64,000 nt of DNA, taken from Mustelus asterias. Lineage: Eukaryota. The notes under the pieces were generated by a model. It saw nothing but the letters and a program-made list of their open reading frames with translations, was not told the DNA's origin and did no database searches. Both the position numbers and the translations under genes were made by a program. This document shows positions 50,206 through 62,802 of this stretch, piece by piece. Positions within the stretch are counted from its first letter, which is position 1, and each line of letters starts with the position of its first letter. Location of the stretch: positions 1,054,001 to 1,118,000 of the forward strand of contig NC_135823.1 of assembly GCF_964213995.1 (NCBI RefSeq). The letters are read 5' to 3'.

Positions 50206-50588
50206 ATCAACACGGCGGAGCCAGACACATGGAAACAGGAAATAGGAGTAGGGAGAACACAGTCCACTTTTCGAGGCTGCTCCGGCATTTTATGACATGA
50301 TGGCTAATTTTCAACATAAACGCTCCCTTCCGGCGATTTCCCTATATCTCGACATCCATCTGTGCCAGAAATAACTGTCTCAGTGGCTGAACATGGACAA
50401 CTCTCTGGGAGAGGGAAGATTACATTTTCAGCAAACTGAACTCTGACCGAACGAGAGATCTGTGACAGGTCAAAGTTGAATTGGATTTACATGGGAGAAC
50501 AGACATGTCATAAAATTAGACAGCTCTGCGTAAAGTCTGACATTGGCATTAAATAGTTGGATTTCAAGGTGTCATTGTGAATAGCTAC

Positions 50589-50877
50589 CTCTCTGAGATG
50601 AGACACTTTCACTGAAAATACTTTCACTGGAAATGACCTGAACGGCCCAAATGCAGCGAGTGCCGCTGCTCCAAGTTTCCGCCGGGAGGCTCATGTAACT
50701 CCTGACGGTGTCGGTGCCGCCCGGTTCCATTGCTCCCGAATCGGTCAGTCCCACGGTATCCTGCCCCGAAACATTCCAGCGGATGGAAATGGAATCGGGA
50801 GACAATCCTCTGACCAAAGACAACAACGGGACCCTGATGCAGCGGTGGAGTGAGGACGAATATGGTGAGGGAATCCG
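50589..50877 (-). pseudogene. Gene 3 C1-set exon, decayed (17-nt deletion; both canonical Cys lost)
   Basis: Colinear with the gene 1 C exon: ADSLTIFVLTPP/fs/RVPLLSLVRGLSPDSISIRWNVSG..ETWSSGTRCIWAVQ..SQR; acceptor tag|CG and donor G|GTAGCT; 289 nt versus 306 expected. Confidence 0.9.
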
Positions 50878-50975
50878 CTAAATTCGACAAAAAGAGAACC
50901 CATGAACAGGCAGAACAGGACGCTTTTTAATTGCTATTGAAATGTCCACTTCAACAGAAGAATTATAAAATTTAC

Positions 50976-51314
50976 CTGCAATTACTAACTTAGATCCATT
51001 TCCGAATATCAGTGACCTCTTTTTGAGATTGCGGATTGCACAGTCATACATCCCAGAATCGTTTCTCCGGGCATGCGTAATCAGCAGTGAATAAATACGC
51101 ACGTTTTCAGATTTCTTACTTGCAAAGCTCTCACCTTCCTGGAGGTATTTGCCATGTCTGCAAACCAATTTTATTTTGTTTCGCTCCGATTGCATGTACC
51201 AATAGACGACAGCAGCTCCTGAGCCCTCGATGTGGCAGTTCAGTTTAACACGGCTCCCCTCCGGAAGTGTCTGAACAGGTGGAGACTTGGACAAGATAGA
51301 ATGAGACACTATGT
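50976..51314 (-). CDS. Gene 3 germline-joined VJ exon, intact
   Basis: tctcag|DIVSHSILSKSPPVQTLPEGSRVKLNCHIEGSGAAVVYWYMQ..YSLLITHARRNDSGMYDCAIRNLKKRSLIFGNGSKLVIA; phase-1 donor G|GTAAAT; V-C intron 98 nt. Confidence 0.93.
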
Positions 51315-52316
51315 CTGAGAAGGAGAGACAGAAAGAACAAGAGTCACCACAAATTGTCCTGCACGACCTGAAAATAGCCCCCGTCAGACAAATGCCAATA
51401 TAGAGGCAAAACAAATCGAGAAACAACGACAAACAAACGAGGTGTCCAGCTCACGAACTCATAAAATCGCGCTGATTATTGTGTTGGTTGTGTTGCTTTC
51501 ATCAGTGCCCAATCTGAGCCGATTCACCAGGAAATCTAGTGTAAGCATTGGAGTGGACACCTGGGAACTCTGACGGGTAAATAAATTAATGTACTTCTTC
51601 AGAATGTAATGTTATTTTCTCGCATCCAAAGTTTGTTTAAACTTTTCTCTGCTGACATTGGGCGCTTGACTTTTCTTCAAGTCTTTATAATTTCAGTTGA
51701 AAGACGACAGTACCCATCCCGCTCCCCCAGTCGCCAAAGGTGTAAATGATGCTAACTTACATATTTTATGGCAATGATTTGACAATTCGCTTTAATTTCC
51801 ATTCAATTCACTGATAGATACATTACATTTTCCACTGCGTTGCGGAGTTAATGGCAGCGTACTTTTGACACGAATAAATAAGCGTTAAAACACTGGTTGT
51901 TAAGTCAAGCTTGCATGCTGTGTTTCATCTCACAGCTGTGCACAGCTGGGAAGGAGACCATTCGGGCCTTCGTGTCAGTATTGGAACTTTGAAAGACTTA
52001 TCCAACTGGCCACTCACCCTCCTTTTCCCCTCTAATATCACAGCTAATGCTGGCCCCTTGACGCATTTCACCAACTCCCCCCTATTGAAAGTTACTGTTG
52101 AACCTGCTTCCACCGCCCTTTCAGGCAGCACCTTCCAGATCACAACAACTCGCTGCATTAAAAAAACACGTTCGCTATCTCACTCCTGAGAATTACCGAT
52201 CATCTTCCACCTGTTTTTCTGTGGTTACCGACCAAACTGGTATTGGAAACTGTTCATTGCTACTTAACCAATGTCAATTCTTCTTCACTCTATCTGAATG
52301 TCTGTGGATCTCTCAC

Positions 52317-52359
52317 CTTGGAAGAGATGGAACGAAGCACAGACACCGAGCAAACTCAT
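52317..52359 (-). CDS. Gene 3 leader exon
   Basis: MSLLGVCASFHLFQ + G|GTGAGA, 43 nt, phase 1; closely similar to the gene 4 leader. Confidence 0.88.
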
Positions 52360-52545
52360 TGTCCTTGACGCAGGTGGCGGGGCTCTGAGCCCCCGATCCG
52401 AATCTCACTGAAAACTCGCTGCTGTTCTCTCTGTGTGAGGGAGTGTGAAATTTCCGCGCTGTTAATAAATACACGATTGTGGTTGAAAAATGGAACGAAG
52501 GCAGCCAACAGCTCTCTGCTGTTTTCCTGTTCTCTAAATGACAGA
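52360..52545 (-). promoter_or_regulatory. Gene 3 proximal promoter/5'UTR conserved with gene 4
   Basis: Aligns with 62620-62802; contains AACCACA (RUNX-like), CAGGAA (ETS-like), CACCTG (E-box) and an AT-rich TATTTATTAA. Confidence 0.6.
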
Positions 52546-53081
52546 GTGCTGGTACACACTCAGCATGTTTTGCAAAATACCACAGGTATCTACTCAGAGC
52601 AATTAGGCCAGACTTGGAGAACTAAACGGTTTACGGGGATAGGGCCTGGGTGGGATTGTGGTCGATGCAAACTCGATGTGCCAAATTGCCTCCTTCTGCA
52701 CTGCAGGGATTCTATGATCTATGTTCCATCATTTGATTTCATTCATTATTGACAAGTGTATTGGTATGAAGTGGAAAGCATTGTTTCTAGCACGTTATAC
52801 GGACAAAATAGTTCATAGAGTACATAGGGGAGAAGGACAGGAGGGTGTGCAGAATATAGTTTTACAGTCATAGCTCGGGAGCAGATAAAGATCAGCTTAA
52901 TATTTGTTAGGTGCATCGAAAACATTGCTGTCAGGCAAGCAGGGAAAATGCTGTTTTACCCGACGGAAGAAGGTGGAAGAATGTGGAGCATACGAGAAGA
53001 GGGAATGGCTGAGATGAACGTCACAAATGAATTTAATGGGAAAGTAGAAGAGAGGCATGAGGGAATAAAAAATAAAAGGAT

Positions 53082-53411
53082 GGGCGGCACGGTAGCACAG
53101 TGGTGAGCACTGCTGCCTCAGAGCTCCAGGGACCTGGGTTCCATTCCCGGCTTGGCTCACTGTCTGTGTAGAGTTTGCACATTCTCCTCGTGTCTGCATG
53201 CGTTTCCTCCGGGTGCTCCGGTTTCCTCCCACAGTCCAAAGATGTGCGGGTTAGGTTGATTGGCCATGCATAAACTGCCGCTTAGTGTCCTGAGATGTGT
53301 AGGTTAGAGGGATTAGTGGGTAAATATGTAGGGATATGGGGATAGGGCCTGGATGGGATTGTTTTCGGTGCAGACTCGATGGGCCAAATGGTCTCTTTCT
53401 GCACTGTATGG
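53082..53411 (+). mobile_element. Near full-length HE1/V-SINE-like SINE with CR1-type tail; other copies at 16815-17090, 29175-29450, 63488-63797, 56666-56812 (-)
   Basis: tRNA head GGCGGCACGGTAGCACAGTGG..GGTTC.ATTCCC and core GTTTCCTCCGGGTGCTCCGGTTTCCTCCCACAGTCCAAAG. Confidence 0.85.

Positions 53412-53498
<87 letters not shown>
53412..53498. repeat. (TATC)n microsatellite grown from the SINE tail
   Basis: About 21 perfect TATC units. Confidence 0.95.
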
Positions 53499-55179
53499 TT
53501 AGCGACCTATCTACCTATGATGTGTTGATGGGGTGATAGGAAGAGGCATTATGATGAGGCATGTATGGAATATTAACTACAGCACCCAACTGATGGGCCG
53601 AATGATCCCCTTCTGTGCTTTGCATCTTATGCAATTGGGATATATGAATATGAATTAAAAGTTGTGCAGATCCGTGATATTGAAGCTGTTAGTGCTGTCT
53701 CTTTATTTTGTGTGGTCTGCAACAGGACATGTTTGTCAATGTTTCGGTAAGATGATAGAAGTCCTGCTTAACATAGGAACAACCACGAGCACAGACGTTT
53801 CATGGTTCTTGACAGTACGTAAAGCACATTTGGGACTGCAGTGACGTTTCTCCTTTTGTACTCAGTAATAGACATGCCCAAAACTAAATCCTGAGAACAG
53901 AAATTTGACAATGACTCGAAGGCGAACTTTCTGTTATGATTCTTTTTGTTCATTCGTGGGCCATGACCGTCGGTGGCCGGCCGGCATTTATTGCTCATCC
54001 CTATTTGCTCTTGGAGGGCAGTTGAGAGGCAATGACATTGCTCTGGCTCTGAAGTCACACGTAGGCCAGGCCAGATTAGGACGGCAGAATACTTCCCCAA
54101 AGGGCAGTATTGAATCATGTGGGTTTCCAACAATCGAAAATAATCAGTAGATTCTTAAATTCAGATTTTTGAAAAATTAGAACATAGAACAGTGCAACAC
54201 TGCAACAGGCCCTTACCCCACGATGTTGTTCCGACCACAACGCCAAATGAAACGTATCCCTTCTGCCTGTCCTTAGTCCATATCCCTCTACTCCTTGCAA
54301 ATTCATGTGCCGATCTAAAAGCCACTGAAATGCCCCGATGAAATATCTCTCTGCACCACCAGCCCAGTCAGCGCTCTCTCGAGACGTGTGCACAGAGAGT
54401 GACACACTCTCTGCAAAAACTTGCTGCTCACAACCTCTTTGCAATTTCCCCTCTCACATTAGATGATCATCCCAATGAGTAGCCGTTTTAACTCTGGGGA
54501 AAGATTCTGACTGTCAACCCTATCGATGCCTCTCATAATTGTATCGGCTTCACTGAGGACTCCCCTCAGCCTCCGACACTCCAGAGCAAATATCTGCCGT
54601 GGCAGGAATTGAACCTGGGTCCCGAGAACATAAGTTATATTTCTGAATTAATAGTCTAGCAATACTAGCATGAGGCCATCGCCTCCTCCTTGACAACAAG
54701 TAAATATTAGTCCAGAATCCTGTCCTTGCTCTTTTTTGATACAGGGTCATTTTGCACTTTCACTTTCCACGAGAGTGGCATTAATCTGACTGCCTCATCC
54801 TAACGACATCATCTCACCGACAGAGCAATGCGCCTTCGGTATTGCACGGATGTAGCTGCGTGGATTATCTGCCGACGGCTCAGGAACGAACTGAGAAAAG
54901 TAATCCAGTGTGCCCTAACTACTCCGGAAATTAGATTGGAATCGATTCTAGTCTCTTTCATATCCATCAATTTCCATCACTCCAACATTGCCTGCTATGT
55001 AATCAGCTGACTCAGACCTCAGCTCTGGAAGTCTCCCCCTCAATCGCTCAGACACTCTCACTCTTGAACATGAACCTTAAACGTAATTCATTGGCAAAGC
55101 TTCTACCCAACTGCGACTTATATATTTTAAGCATTTTTGAGTCAAGTTGTGATGATTCACTTTATAGTGAAGCTTCTGG

Positions 55180-58100
55180 TAATGTGGGCACTTGCATGGC
55201 AGGTGCTGTATAATGTGGATGAATGTGAGATCATCCACTTTGGTACAAAAATAGGAAGGCAGATTATTATTTGACTGGGTGTAAATTGAGGGATGTGAAA
55301 ATTCAGCGCGACTTTGTTGCCTTCGGGCATCAGTCGCTGAAAGTAGGGACAAAGTTACTGCAGGCAGTAAATAAGGCAAATGGCATGCTGGCTTTCATAG
55401 CAAGAGGATTTGTGTTTCGGAATGGGATCTCTTATCTGAATTATACAGGGGATCTGTGAGGCCACTCCTGCAGTATTGTCTGCAGTTGTGCTGTATTTAT
55501 CTCAGGAAGGAAGTCCTTGCAACAGAGGGAGTACACCCAAAGTTTACCAGGCTGATTCCTGGGATGAAAGATGAGGAGCTGCTTTGTCGTTCATGGGTTT
55601 ATTCACTGGATTTTGGAAGAGTGAAAAGGGATATCTTATAAATTGCTATAAATTCTCACAGGGTAGATAGGGTCGATGCAGACAGAAAGTTCTCAATGGT
55701 AGGGGAGACCAGAACTACTGTTCATATTTTGAGGAAAAGGGCAAACCCATTTAGGACTGGGACGAGGAGAAATTTATTCACTCAGAGAGTTGTGAATGTG
55801 TGGAATTCACTACCACAGAAACTGGCTGAGACCAAAACATTGTGTGATTTCAAGAAGAAATTAGGTATAACCCTTGGGGCTCAAGGAATTAAGGGATATG
55901 TGTCTTGGCGGGATAGGGATATTGAATTTGATGATATCTCATGATCAAAATGAATGGCGGAGCAGGCATTAAATGCAGAATAGCTTCTATTTTCTTTGTT
56001 TCTTTGTAACCATGCTAACGTTCCGCTTCAGAGTCATTTCGTGAGCACGGAATAGCAAAATGCGCTGTCGGCCATTGGTCTGAATGCCAACTTTCACTTC
56101 GACAATAATAACAGAAAGGCAAATTGTTTCTTAATCTGCACCTTCGAAACCTGATAATTTACATCCAAGAGTACTTAAGGAGTGGCCTTGGAAATAGTGG
56201 ATGGATTCGTGGTCATCTTTCAGGATCTTATAGCTTCTGGAACACCCCGCGCAGATTGGAGGGCAGCTAATGTCACTCCAATATTCAAAAGAGTCGTAGA
56301 GAGAAAACAGGGAAATAAGACCTGTGAGCCTAATATCGGTAGTGGGGAAAATTTTTGAATCCATTATCAAGGATTTTATAGCGCAGCGTTTATAAAAGCA
56401 GTGGCTGCATCAGACAGAGTCAGCATGGATTTAAGAAGAGGAATTCATGGTTGTCAAATCTGTTGGAGTTCTTTGAAGACGTCACTACTGGAGTTGACAA
56501 GGGGAGGGGGAGGGCGGGGGGAGTCGATGTGGCAAACTTGGACTTTCAGAATGCGTTTGACCAAGTCCTGTATAAGAGGTTATCGTGCAAGATTAACGTG
56601 CATGGGATTGGGGGGAGTTTATTCAGATGGAGAGAAAACTAGTTGGCAAAGAGGAAACAAAGAAATCATAAAATCATAGAAACCCTACAGTGCAGAAGGA
56701 GGCCATTCGGCCCATCGAGTCTGCACCGACCACAATCCCACCCAGGCCCTACCCCCACATATTTACCCACTAATCCCTCTACCCTACGCATCCCAGGACT
56801 CTAAGGGGCAATTTTCTTTTTAATAAAGAGTAGGAATTCATGGGTCCTTTCCAAATTGGCACACAGTAATGAGCTCAGTGCCACAGGGATCGGTGTTGGG
56901 ACCCCAAATCTACATAATATTAATCAATGATCTGAATGAGAGAACAGAACGTAACATCCCAAAGTTTGCAGATTATATCAAGGTAGGTGTGTAGATGAAC
57001 TGTGAAGAGGGTGCAGAGATCTTTCAGCATCATCTGCACAGGTAGCTAAGTGGTCAAGGCAATGGCAGATGCCGTACAATTTGAGCAAATGTGAGGTCCT
57101 TCGCCTTGGAAGCAAAAACAAGAAAGCAGATTACAACCTGAATGGCTATAAATTGGGAGAAGAGAGTGTGCATTGCGATCTGGGTGTCCTTGCGCACTAG
57201 ACGCTGAAGGTAAGTAGGCCCGTGCAGCAGGCGGTAAAGAAGGGAAATGGTATGTTGGCCTTGATTGCGAGAGGTTTGGAGTACAGTAGCCGGGATGTGT
57301 TGTTGCAATTTTCCAGGGGCTTCGTGAGGCCACACCTTGGATAATGTGTGCAGTTTTGGTCTCCTTTTCTGAGGAAGGATGTCGTTGCTCTCGAGGAAGT
57401 GCAGCAAAGGTTTACCAGGCTGATTCGGGGGATGGCGGGACTGATGTATGAGGAAAGAGTTACTAGTTTGGGATTGTTTTCGCTGGAGTTCAGGCAAATG
57501 AGGGGGGGTGGGGGAAATCTCAAAGAGACTCTTAAAATTCTAACAGGACCAGGCAGGTTAGATGCAGGAACGATGTTGCCAATGGTGGAGGAATCCAGAG
57601 CCTGGGGATTCTGGGTGGACCATTCAAGGCGGAGATGAGGAAACATTCCATCAAGCAAAGATTGGTGAGCCTGTGGAACTAATTGCCACAGCAAGTAGTT
57701 CATGCCAAAACATTGAATGTATTCATGAAGCGGCTAGATGTAGCACTGGTGGGTGGGTGGGGGGGGGGGGGGGGGGGGGGCGGGGGATGGGATCAATAGT
57801 TCTTGGTCGAAAGCACGATTATGCTATTGAGTTGAACGATCAGCCATGACGTGATTAATGACGGAGCAGGCTCGAAAGGCAAAATGGGCTCCTCCTGCTC
57901 CTATTTTCTATGTTTATATGTCAAACGATAAATTGGCAATTGCGTCTGCAAAACGAGAACTCGGTGTCCTAGTTCATGAGTTACAGAATGTAGCTGCAGT
58001 AAACAAGTCGGAAACCTTCGACACTTTAGGGTACTTAATCGCGAGGAGATTATTTTTCACTTGTAAGAATGTATTTCTGCATTTGTATAAGGCCTTGCTG

Positions 58101-58690
58101 AGACCTCGCCAGGAGTTTGCGTCCAGTTCTGGTCCTCTTCCCTCAGCTCTGACGTAAGTTCCATAGAGGCCGTGCAATTGATGTTTAGCAGATAAATGAT
58201 TTGGACAGGGATTTGTTTGAGGAGAGGCAGCTGCGAAAGTACACATATTATCGAAAATTTTGAAGAATGAGGCGATCCCTCATTGTTGCAGATAAAACTC
58301 TGACAGTGTGCAATAGGATGGATGAGGATAAGGTTCCCCGTGGTTGGTGAGTCAAATGCCTGGCAGGGGGCGGGGGGGGGGGGGAGGGGGGGGGGGGTGA
58401 GGGGTGGGGGGGGGGGATGATCTCAGGATGTGGAATGGACATTTTGAACAGGGAAGAGGAGGAATATATCCACTCATTATAATGAATCTTAGGAATATTC
58501 CACACGAGAGAGTTTCCAAAATGGAGTCATCGGAAATGTTCAAGGCAGAAGCCCCGAAATTTCAAGCGATGAATAACATGAAAGGAAATTGAGATCCTGC
58601 TGGAAAGTGCGGATGCGGTCGGTAATCATTCCGGATCTAGTGGAACATCAGTGCCATCTCGACGGGCTAAAATTTCTCTTCTTGCTTCTC
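55180..58690 (+). mobile_element. Series of old CR1 fragments
   Basis: KANGMLAFIARG, NLLEFFEDVT, DFQNAFD and QFWSPFLRKDV motifs with many lesions. Confidence 0.75.
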
Positions 58691-60889
58691 TCTTCCAACG
58701 TCCTATTTTCCTTTGTGTTTTCTGGAACAGCAGCATCACTCGCTCCACAAAAATGACTTTTCCAAGAGCAATGCATTTACTTCGCATCAGAAAATGTTCC
58801 AATTCTGATTTGAAAGCCTCAACTCAAAAGGCCCCCATCACAGTCTCAGACAGCGCAATCCAGATCTTAAACTTTGGTTATGTGGAATAAAATGGATTGT
58901 CCTTAATTATGCTGTTGCTGCTTTAGTTAAGTAATCTTTAATCGATGTCCTGCAGTTTTCATAATTTTTTTTTTTAACAAAAACAAGTTGGAGAGCAAAC
59001 TGGAAGGTCTAGCAGGAGTTTTAGAAGTTGACCTTCCGAACTATCAAAGTAAAACCTGAGAGTACTTTGCGCAATATCACGAGAGCTTCTTGAAATATTA
59101 ACTTTCTACGCAACATTAGCGGGACTGTTAAATGCAAGGAACTGCAACTTTGATGGAGAATTTGTTGAAGGCATGCTTAGACAACTCAAGGAAACTTTGA
59201 AAACTAATGTGTGTACCAGAGGTGACACATGCTGATCGGACACCGATCTAAAAAAAATTCTCAGTTCGAAACTGGAAAAGCAACTGTGTTCAGAATAATC
59301 CAAACCCTTCCCGTTAATATGAACTGGTAGGCAAAATAAATAAGGATCGATAATTATCATTACCGTTCTGGAAATCAAGCACATCAATTTATTTCAGAGA
59401 CAATTCCATTTAAATAGCAGTTTCTGGATTACAGGGGTGTGCCCCCATGATTGCCGTTCACATAATTACCACTCATGATTAATCTCCAGATATGCAACTA
59501 CTTTCTTGTTAGTCATTCCTGGGACATGGGTGTACCTGGCTGGCCAGCATTTATTGCCCATCATTAGTTGCCCGAGGGCAGTTGAGACTCAACCATATTA
59601 CTGTGGCTCTGGGGTTACATCCAAGCGAGACCGGATAAGGACGACAGATTTCCATCTCGAAAGGGCATTGAATTTTATGATCAGCCATGATCATAGAGGA
59701 TGACAGAGCAGGCCCGAAGGCACTCCTGGTCTACTCCAAGAGGCCTCCCAAGGAAAATCGGGTGGTACGGTGGCATAGTGATTAATATTACTGCCTCACA
59801 TCGACAGGGACCTGGGTTCAATTCCCAAATTGGGTCACTGTCTGTATGAAGTCTGCACATTCTGTCCGTTGTCTGCGTGGGTTTCGTCCGCCGGCTCCAG
59901 CTTTCTCCCAAACTGCGAATGACATGCTGGTTAGGTGCATTGGCCATGCCAAAGTTTCCCTCAGTGTACCAGAACAGGCGGCAGACTGTGGCAATGAGGG
60001 GATTTTCACAGTCACTTTATTACAGTGTAATGTGAGCCTACTTGTGATACGAAGAAATACACTTAAAACGTTTCTTTCCATCTCCTCTATCTGTGCCCCA
60101 CATAATTATGTACACTCAATCAAGCCACCCCCATCCCCTGAGTCTCCATCGACTCCCCATTCCGATCTATTCCGACCCAATAGATAGATAGATTTGCATA
60201 TATCTAACTTGACGCACGGTATTAGTAAGGAACATGAATTTGGGGACAGCCAGAGCAATCAGTTCCAAACGAATCCACACAGGGGTTGTGAACGAACTGA
60301 TATGAGGAACAGAATGGGTACAATCCACTTTGCACCTACTCTTCTCCCTGGAGATGGAAGGCGGGATTCTGACCCTGGTTAATCATGAATGTCAAATGAC
60401 CATCATACAGTCGACAGCAAGTGCCACCACTGAACATGTGTAGAGGTGGTCTTGGATGATAGAGAAAAAGTAACCAGGAAACAGCTATTAAATAGGATTG
60501 TTTGTCACTATAAAGGAAGTGATTGCACACAGCAAATGGTGTGCTGACTTTCTAGAAGCACAATGATAAAGATTATTACTCTCCCATTCTCTTATGACCA
60601 GCTGCCTATATTGAGGTAGCGGACGTAGATTCGCTTAAGCACAACAAATCACGTTACTTTTTAAAAATTAATTTGGAGTTTCGAGCCTTGTCTGTTTCTG
60701 TGTTCTGTCGACATTTGTCATTTCTGCAAAAGAGGCCAATACATATTTGTAGAAAAGGGCAAAATATCGAGAGCTACATGGCAACGATTTGAGAGGATTT
60801 GTCAGAAGAAGCAACAAGAATCAATAAAAATGGCGATCGAGGTGTCTGGGTATCTGTAAATTAGAACGCTGTAAGTTTCAATGCCAATG

Positions 60890-61310
60890 TCCAACGATCT
60901 GCTGGTTAGGTGGATTGATCATGCTTAATTGCCCTTTAGTGTCGAAAGATGTGCAAGTAGTCTGGATTGGTCATGCAAAATTGTCCCTTAATGTCCAAAT
61001 ATGTGCTTGTTGTCTGATTGGCCATGCTCCGTTGCCCCTTAGTGTCCAAAGGTGTGCAGTTTAGGTGCATTGATCATGGTAAATTGTCCTCCAGTGTCCA
61101 AAGATGTGCAGGTTACGTGGAATGGCCACGCTAAATTGTCCCGAAGTGTCCAAAGATGTGCAGGATGGTGAATTGGCCATGCTAAATTGCGCCTCAGTGG
61201 ACAACAATGTGCAGGTTAAGTGGATTGGCTACGGTAAATTTTCCCTTCGCGTCCAAAAATGTTTAGGTTAGGTGGATTGGCCAAGCTAAATTGCCTCTTA
61301 GTGTCAGGGG
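60890..61310 (+). repeat. SINE-derived minisatellite, ~8 x ~52 bp
   Basis: Unit GTGTCCAAAGATGTGCAGGTTAGGTGGATTGGCCATGCTAAATTGCCCCTTA starting at ~60939, 60991, 61042, 61094, 61146, 61197, 61249 and 61301. Confidence 0.85.
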
Positions 61311-62802
61311 AATTAGCAGGTTACAGCGAGAGCGCCAGGGTGGGATTGCTGGCGGTGCAGGCTCAATTGGCTGAATGGCCCTCCTTCTGCACGATAGGAG
61401 TTTTATGATTATGTAAGTCAACTTATCGAGGCTTTATCAATTGTCAGTTTTCGGCATCCTGTTTTCCGTGAATCTGACTGAGTCTCGTATATTTCACGAG
61501 TACGTGCACTTGCAAAGACATACCACCGGCTACAAAGAGTCTTGAGACAGCTTATGTTCGGGCCAGGCTGGACATTCAGCAAGGCGACTGTAATCTTACT
61601 GAAATAATGTGGACCATGCCCTGTTGCAACCCATGAAAAGAAAAGAGGCAGCATTAACTGCTCACATATCAGGATATCAAAAGATGCTCTCCAATTGGCT
61701 TTGATTTCATGTTTTCCGAACACGATTACAGAAAAAGCACAGTACAGATTGGTACCATTCGGCCTATCAGCTGTTGTTACTGTTCCAGAGGTACCTCATT
61801 CCTTCTTTCTATTACCCCATCAACATATCCTTCTACTCCTTTCTCTCCTTCGTGCCCAATTAAAATACATCTTTGTCATTCGTCACAAGCGGAAGTGAGG
61901 AGGAAAATGGGGCAACTAACGCCATTATCAGAGCGATTTTAATAGTGCGATTTATTTTTGAATCGGCACAATTTAATTTGATTTGGTTTGATTTATTATT
62001 GTCACATGTATTACTATACAACTAAAAGTAGGCCTACCTTGCATTAAGTTGATCTTTCTCTGCACCCTGGCCATGACTGTGACACTACATTCTGCACTCT
62101 CTCCTTTCCTTCTCGATGAACGGTATGCTTTGTCTGCATAGTGCGCAAGAAACAATACTTTTCACTATATCCCAATACACGAGACAATAGTAAATCAAAT
62201 CAAATCAAACCAAAAGCATTCCCTGTGCAACCGAGTTCCAGATTCTGCCCATTCTTCCAAGATACATTTTTGTCCTGAATTCCTGCTTGGCGACAAACTC
62301 ATCCTGCAATATTTTGAAATCCTACTTCTGCCTTGTTGAACCATTTCATAATTGTAAATATTTCGGTCGATCAGCCCTCAAGTTTCAATTTGTTTCGAGA
62401 AAAAGAGCTCCAACCTCTTCAAGACTCACTGACAGTTATATGCTCTCATTTCTGGGATCATTCGTTCTGAAATGTTAATTGCACCTTTTCCACGACCTGG
62501 GAATACTTACCAGATGAGGAAGAACCGTGCTCTGCACTCCAAGTCTGGTGTAACTGATGTGATTAAGATATTTGAGGCATTTTGTAGAACATGTCCAATG
62601 CTCGCCAGCACTTGGACCTACAGTAAACAGGAGAACCGCAGGGAGCTCTCTACCTTGGTTCTATTTTCAAACCCCAGTCCTGTTTTCATTCATATACACA
62701 GTGCGCATATTGCACATCTCCCCCACACAGAGAGAACAAGAGCGAGTTCTCAGTGAGATTTGGTTTCGGGGGCTCAGACTCTCACGGTCTTGCTCAAGGA
62801 CA

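Noticed and set aside
9075-51314. Conventional rearranging TCR/Ig locus or germline-joined Ig light chains
   Set aside because: V and J lie in one exon with no RSS, the J-C intron is only ~90-185 nt, each V has its own C, and the C exons end in phase-1 donors (leading to a TM exon in gene 3) rather than a terminal Cys/stop as in light chains. A phylogeny is still needed to exclude a derived origin.
53082-53152. tRNA genes
   Set aside because: These are tRNA-derived SINE heads followed by SINE core and tail.
58365-58417. G-quadruplex-forming G runs (also ~10094-10125, 49063-49130, 57750-57790)
   Set aside because: Homopolymer expansions in or near decayed repeats, prone to sequencing error, with no functional context.
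60890-61310. CRISPR-like array
   Set aside because: Eukaryotic context, no unique spacers, and the unit derives from a SINE.
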